Origin: Eledone cirrhosa
Lineage: Eukaryota
Length of the DNA stretch: 64,000 nt
Assembly: GCA_964016885.1 (NCBI GenBank)
Contig: OZ024743.1
Location: 208,754,001-208,818,000, forward strand
Direction: 5' to 3'
Positions 58,901 through 64,000 of the stretch are shown piece by piece (the first letter of the stretch is position 1; every line of letters starts with the position of its first letter). The translations under genes were made by a program, and so were the position numbers. The notes under the pieces are model-generated. The model saw only the letters and a list, made by a program, of their open reading frames with translations, made no database searches and was not told the DNA's origin.

Positions 58901-61900
58901 ATATACCACAATTTAACATCCTATAGCCACACATGAAAGCTCTTCACTCCATAAGATATACCACAGTTTACGATCCTATAGCCACAGATGAAAGCTCTTC
59001 ACTCCATAACATATACCACAGTTTACAATCCTATAGCCACACATGAAAGATCTTCACTCCATAAGATATACCACAGTTCACCATCCTATAGCCACACATG
59101 AAAGCTCTTCACTCCATAAGATATACCACAGTTTACCATCCTATAGCCACAGATGAAATCTCTTCACTCCATAAGATATACCTCAGTTTACCATCCTATA
59201 GTCACACATGAAAGCTCTTCACTCCACAAGATATACCACAGTTTACCATCCTATGGCCACAGATGAAAGCACTTCACTCCATAAGATATACCACAGTTTA
59301 CCATCCTATAGCCACACATGAAAGCTCTTCATTCCATGAGATATACCACAGTTTACCATCCTATAGCCACACATGAAAGCTCTTCACTCCATAAGATATA
59401 CCACAGTTTACCATCCTATAGCCACACATGAAAGCTCTTCACTCCATAAGATATACCACAGTTTACCATCCTATGGCTAGAGATGAAAGCTCTTCACTCT
59501 ATAGGATATACCACAGTTTACCATCCTATAGCCACACATGAAAGCTCTTCACTCCATAAGATATACCACAGTTTACCATCCTATAGCCAGATGAAAGTTT
59601 TTCACTCCATAAGATATACCACAGTTTACCATCCTATAGCCACACATGAAAGCTCTTCACTCCATAAGATATACCACAGTTTACCATCCTATAGCCACAG
59701 ATGAAAGCTCTTCACTCCATAAGATATACCACAGTTTACCATCCTATAGCCAGATGAAAGCTCTTCACTCCATAAGTTATACCACAGTTTACCATCCTAT
59801 AGCCACGCATGAAAGCTCTTCACTCCATAAGATATACCACAGTTTACCATTCTATAGCCACAGATGAAAGCTCTTCACTCCATAAGATATACCACAGTTT
59901 ACGATCGTATAGCCACAGATGAAAGCTCTTAACTCCATAACATATACCACAGTTTACCATCCTATAGCCACACATGAGAGCTCTTCACTCCATAAGATAT
60001 ACCACAGTCAACCATCCTATAGCCACACATGAAAGCTCTTCACTCCATAACATATACCACAGTTTACCATCCTATAGCCAGATGAAAGCTTTTCACTCCA
60101 TAAGATATACCACAGTTTACCATCCTATAGCCACACATGGAAGATCTTCACTCCATAAGATATACCACAGTTCACCATCCTATAGCCACACATGAAAGCT
60201 CTTCACTCCATAAGATATACCACAGTTTTCCATCCTATAGCCACAGATGAAAGCTCTTCACTCCATAAGATATACCACAGTTTACCATCCTATAGTCACA
60301 CATGAAAGCTCTTCACTCCATAAGATATACCACAGTTTACCATCCTATGGCCACAGATGAAAGCTCTTCACTCCATAAGATATACCACAGTTTACCATCC
60401 TATAGACACACATGAAAGCTCTTCACTCCATAAGATATACCACAGTTTACCATCCTATAGCCACACATGTAAGCTCTTCACTCCATAAGATATACCACAG
60501 TTTACCATCCTATAGCCACACATGAAAGCTCTTCACTCCATGAGATATACCACAGTTTAACATCCTATCGCCACAGATGAAAACTCTTCACTCCATAAGA
60601 TATACCACAGTTTACCATCCTATACCCAGATGAAAGCTCTTCACTCCATAAGATATACCACAGTTTACCATCCTATAGCCACAAATGAAAGCTCTTCACT
60701 CCATAAGATATACCACAGTTTACCATCCTATAGCCACGCCACGGATGAAAGCTCTTCACTCCATAAGATATACCACAGTTTACCATCCTATAGCCACAGA
60801 TGAAAGCTCTTCACTCCATAAGATATACCACAGTTTACCATCCTATAGTCACACATGAAAGCTCTTCACTCCTTAAGATATACCACAGTTTACCATCCTA
60901 TAGCCACAGATGAAAGCTGTTCACTCCATAAGATATACCACAATTTAACATCCAATAGCCACACATGAAAGCTCTTCACTCCATAAGATATACCACAGTT
61001 TACCATCCTATAGCCACACATGGAAGCTCTTCACTCCATAAGATATACCACAGTTTACCATCCTATAGCCACACATGAAAGCTCTTCACTCCATAAGATA
61101 TACCACAGTTTACAGTCCTATAGCCACAGATGAAAGCTCTTCACTCCATAAGATATACCACAGTTTACCATCCTATAGCCACACATGAAAGCTATTCACT
61201 CCATAAGATATACCACAGTTTACCATCCTATAGCCAGATGAAAGCTCTTCACTCCATAAGATATACCACATTTTACCATCCTATAGCCACGCATGAAAGC
61301 TCTTCACTCCATAAGATATACCACAGTTTACCATCCTATAGCCACACGTGAAATCTCTTCACTCCATAAGATATACCACAGTTTACCATCCTATAGCCAC
61401 AGATGAAAGCTCTTCACTCCATAAGATATATCACAGTTTACGATCCTATAGCCACAGATGAAAGCTCTTCACTCCATAACATATACCACAGTTTACCACC
61501 CTATAGCCACACATGAGAGCTCTTCACTTCATAAGATATACCACAGTTTACCATCCTATAGCCACACATGAAAGCTCTTCACTCCATAAGATATACCACA
61601 GTTTAACATCCTATAGCCAGATGAAAGCTTTTCACTCCATAAGATATACCACAGTTTACCATCCTATAGCCACACATGAAAGATCTTCACTCCATAAGAT
61701 ATACCACAGTTCACCATCCTATAGCCACACATGAAAGCTCTTCACTCCATAAGATATACCACAGTTTACCATCCTATAGCCACAGATGAAAGCTCTTGAC
61801 TCCATAAGATATACCACAATTTACCATCCTATAGTCACACATGAATGCTCTTCACTCCATAAGATATACCACAGTTTACCATCCTATAGCCACACATGAA

Positions 61901-64000
61901 AGCTCTTCACTCCATAAGATATACCACAGTTTACCATCCTATAGCCACAGATGAAAGCTCTTCACTCCATAAGATATACCACAGTTTACCATTCTATAGC
62001 CACAGATGAAAGCTCTTCACTCCATAAGATATACCACAGTTTACCATCCTATGGCTAGAGATGAAAGCTCTTCACTCCATAGGATATACCACAGTTTACC
62101 ATCCTATAGCCACACATGAGAGTTCTTCACTCCATAAGATATACCACAGTTTACCAGCCTATAGTCACACGTGAAAGCTCTTCACTCCATGAGATATACC
62201 ACAGTTTAACATCCTATTGCCACAGATGAAAGCTCTTCACTCCATAAGATATACTAGAGTTTACCATCCTATAGCCAGATGAAAGCTCTTCACTCCATAC
62301 GATATACCACAGTTTAACATCCTATAGCCACGCCACGGATGAAAGCGCTTCACTCCATAAGATATACCACAGTTTACCATCCTATAGCCACACATGAAAG
62401 CTCTTCACTCCATAAGATATACCACAGTTTACCATCCTATAGCCACACATGAAAGCTCTTCACTCCATAAGATATACCACAGTTTACCATCCTATAGCCA
62501 CAATAAAACTCTTCACTCCATAAGATATACCACAGTTTACCATCCTATAGACACACATGAGAGCTCTTCACTCCATAAGATATACCACAGTTTACCATCC
62601 TATAGCCACATATGAAAGCTCTTCACTCCATAAGATATACCACAGTTTACCATCCTATAGCCACAGATGAAAGCTCTTCACTGCATAAGATATACCACAG
62701 TTTACCATCCTATAGCCACACATGTGAGCTCTTCACTCCATAAGATATACCACAGTTTACCATCCTATAGCCACACATGAAAGCTCTTCACTCCATAAGA
62801 TATACCACAGTTTACCATCCTATAGCCACAGATGAAAGCTCTTCACTCCATAAGATATAACACAGTTTACCATCCTATAGCCACACATGAAAGCTCTTCA
62901 CTCCATAAGATATACCACAGTTTACCATCCTATAGCCACACATGAAAGCTCTTCACTCCATAAGATATACCACAGTTTACCATCCTATAGCCACAGATGA
63001 AAGCTCTTCACTCCATAAGATATACCACAGTTTACCATCCTATAGCCAGATGAAAGCTCTTCACTCCATAAGATATACCACAGTTTACCATCCTATAGCC
63101 ACGCATGAAAGCTCTTCACTCCATAAGATATACCACAGTTTACCATCCTATAGCCAGATGAAAGCTCTTCACTCCATAAGATATACCACAGTTTACCAGC
63201 CTATAGCCACGCCACGGATGAAAGCTCTTCACTCCATAAGATATACCAAAGTTTACCATCCTATAGCCACACATGAAAGCTCTTCACTCCATAAGATATA
63301 CCACAGTTTACCATCCTATAGCCACACATGAAAGCTCTTCACTCCATAAGATATACCACAGTTTACCATCCTATAGCCACAGATGAAAGCTCTTCACTCC
63401 ATAAGATATACCACATTTACCATCCTATAGACACACATGAGAGCTCTTCACTCCATAACATATACCACAGTTTACCATCCTATAGACACACATGAGAGCT
63501 CTTCACTCCATAAGATATACCACAGTTTACCATCCTATAGCCACACATGAAAGCTCTTCACTCCATAAGATATACCACAGTTTACCATCCTATAGCCACA
63601 GATGAAAGCTCTTCACTCCATAAGATATAACACAGTTTAACATCCTATAGCCAGATGAAAGCTTTTCACTCCATAAGATATACCACAGTTTACCATCCTA
63701 TAGCCACACATGAAAGATCTTCACTCCATAAGATATACCACAGTTCACCATCCTATAGCCACACATGAAAGCTCTTCACTCCATAAGATATACCACAGTT
63801 TACCATCCTATAGCCACAGATGAAAGCTCTTCACTCCATAAGATATACCACAGTTTACCATTCTATAGCCACAGATGAAAGCTCTTCACTCCATAAGATA
63901 TACCACAGTTTACCATCCTATGGCTAGAGATGAAAGCTCTTCACTCCATAGGATATACCACAGTTTACCATCCTATAGCCACACATGAGAGTTCTTCACT
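52901..64000. repeat. Satellite sub-domain B2
   Basis: Recurrent ATGGCTAGAG (54151, 56183, 57387, 59473, 62051, 63920), TTTAACATCC, CTATCGCC, CAGTCAACC and ATGTAAG. It shares GAAATCTC, TTACGATC and AGATCT+GTTCACC with B1, so this boundary is gradual. Confidence 0.65.
53397..60960. repeat. Duplicated blocks in B2: offset 3,236 then 3,290, plus a third partial copy at offset 2,086
   Basis: Pairs 53397/56633 through 54652/57888 are offset by 3,236 (59 monomers: 59x55 - 7x2 + 5). Pairs 55411/58701 and 56183/59473 are offset by 3,290 (one extra monomer and a 1-bp deletion at ~58452). Pairs 57397/59483 and 57888/59974 are offset by 2,086. Confidence 0.88.

Larger units (their letters stand above)
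1..64000. repeat. Tandem satellite DNA array, 55-bp consensus monomer, ~1,170 head-to-tail copies, continuing past both window edges
   Basis: ATGAAAGCTCTTCACTCCATAAGATATACCACAGTTTACCATCCTATAGCCACA(C/G) recurs on every line (e.g. 1081-1135, 17401-17455). Most copies carry 0-3 substitutions. No inversion or foreign insertion was seen. Consensus composition is A19 C17 T14 G5 (40% GC). Confidence 0.99.

Noticed and set aside
260-63331. The many ORFs of 63-151 aa (MKALHSIRYTTVYHPIAT/HESSSLHKIYHSLPSYSQ repeats)
   Set aside because: They are arithmetic artefacts. Each monomer starts with ATG and two of the three + frames are stop-free. A 55+53 pair is 108 bp (36 codons) and skips the stop-containing frame, so ORFs appear wherever 53-mers occur. 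Frameshifting variants and stops are tolerated freely, and there is no unique N- or C-terminal domain or gene context.
1-64000. CRISPR array or CRISPR-like repeat-spacer system
   Set aside because: Monomers abut directly with no unique spacers, leader or cas genes. The short dyad alone is not sufficient.
1-64000. All ORFs lying on the + strand as a sign of coding or transcription
   Set aside because: The reverse-complement monomer has stops in two of three frames (CTA TAG; TGG TAA), so long minus-strand ORFs are excluded by the consensus itself.
1-64000. Telomeric repeat, G-quadruplex or tandem RNA gene (tRNA, 5S, spliced-leader) array
   Set aside because: The minus strand has only GG doublets and no telomere-type G-runs. 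The 55-bp unit has no cloverleaf, Pol III A/B boxes or oligo-T terminator.
1-64000. Embedded transposon, inversion or unique island
   Set aside because: Reading through the window I found no departure from the monomer larger than a 5-bp indel and no reverse-orientation monomer.

Overview
The whole 64-kb window is one uninterrupted head-to-tail tandem satellite array in a single orientation. The consensus monomer is 55 bp, ATGAAAGCTCTTCACTCCATAAGATATACCACAGTTTACCATCCTATAGCCACA(C/G), and there are roughly 1,170 copies (64000/~54.7). Recurrent length variants are 53 bp (ending ...TATAGCCAG), 60 bp (ending ...TATAGCCACGCCACGG) and 51 bp, plus a few rare 1-3 bp indels. I see no unique sequence, gene, RNA gene, transposon or CRISPR spacer. 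Every ORF in the track is a translation artefact of the repeat. The real structure lies in the order of variant monomers: nested recent tandem duplications (3,235, 4,871 and 3,012 bp units; 330-816 bp sub-duplications), an older degenerate higher-order module marked by the 60-bp monomer, and an abrupt switch in diagnostic variants near 40.13 kb with a softer one near 52.9 kb. The array resembles eukaryotic (peri)centromeric or other heterochromatic satellite, but organism, family name and function cannot be determined from sequence alone. I find no evidence of a new protein- or RNA-based system. Duplication boundaries are approximate because flanking consensus monomers are uninformative.
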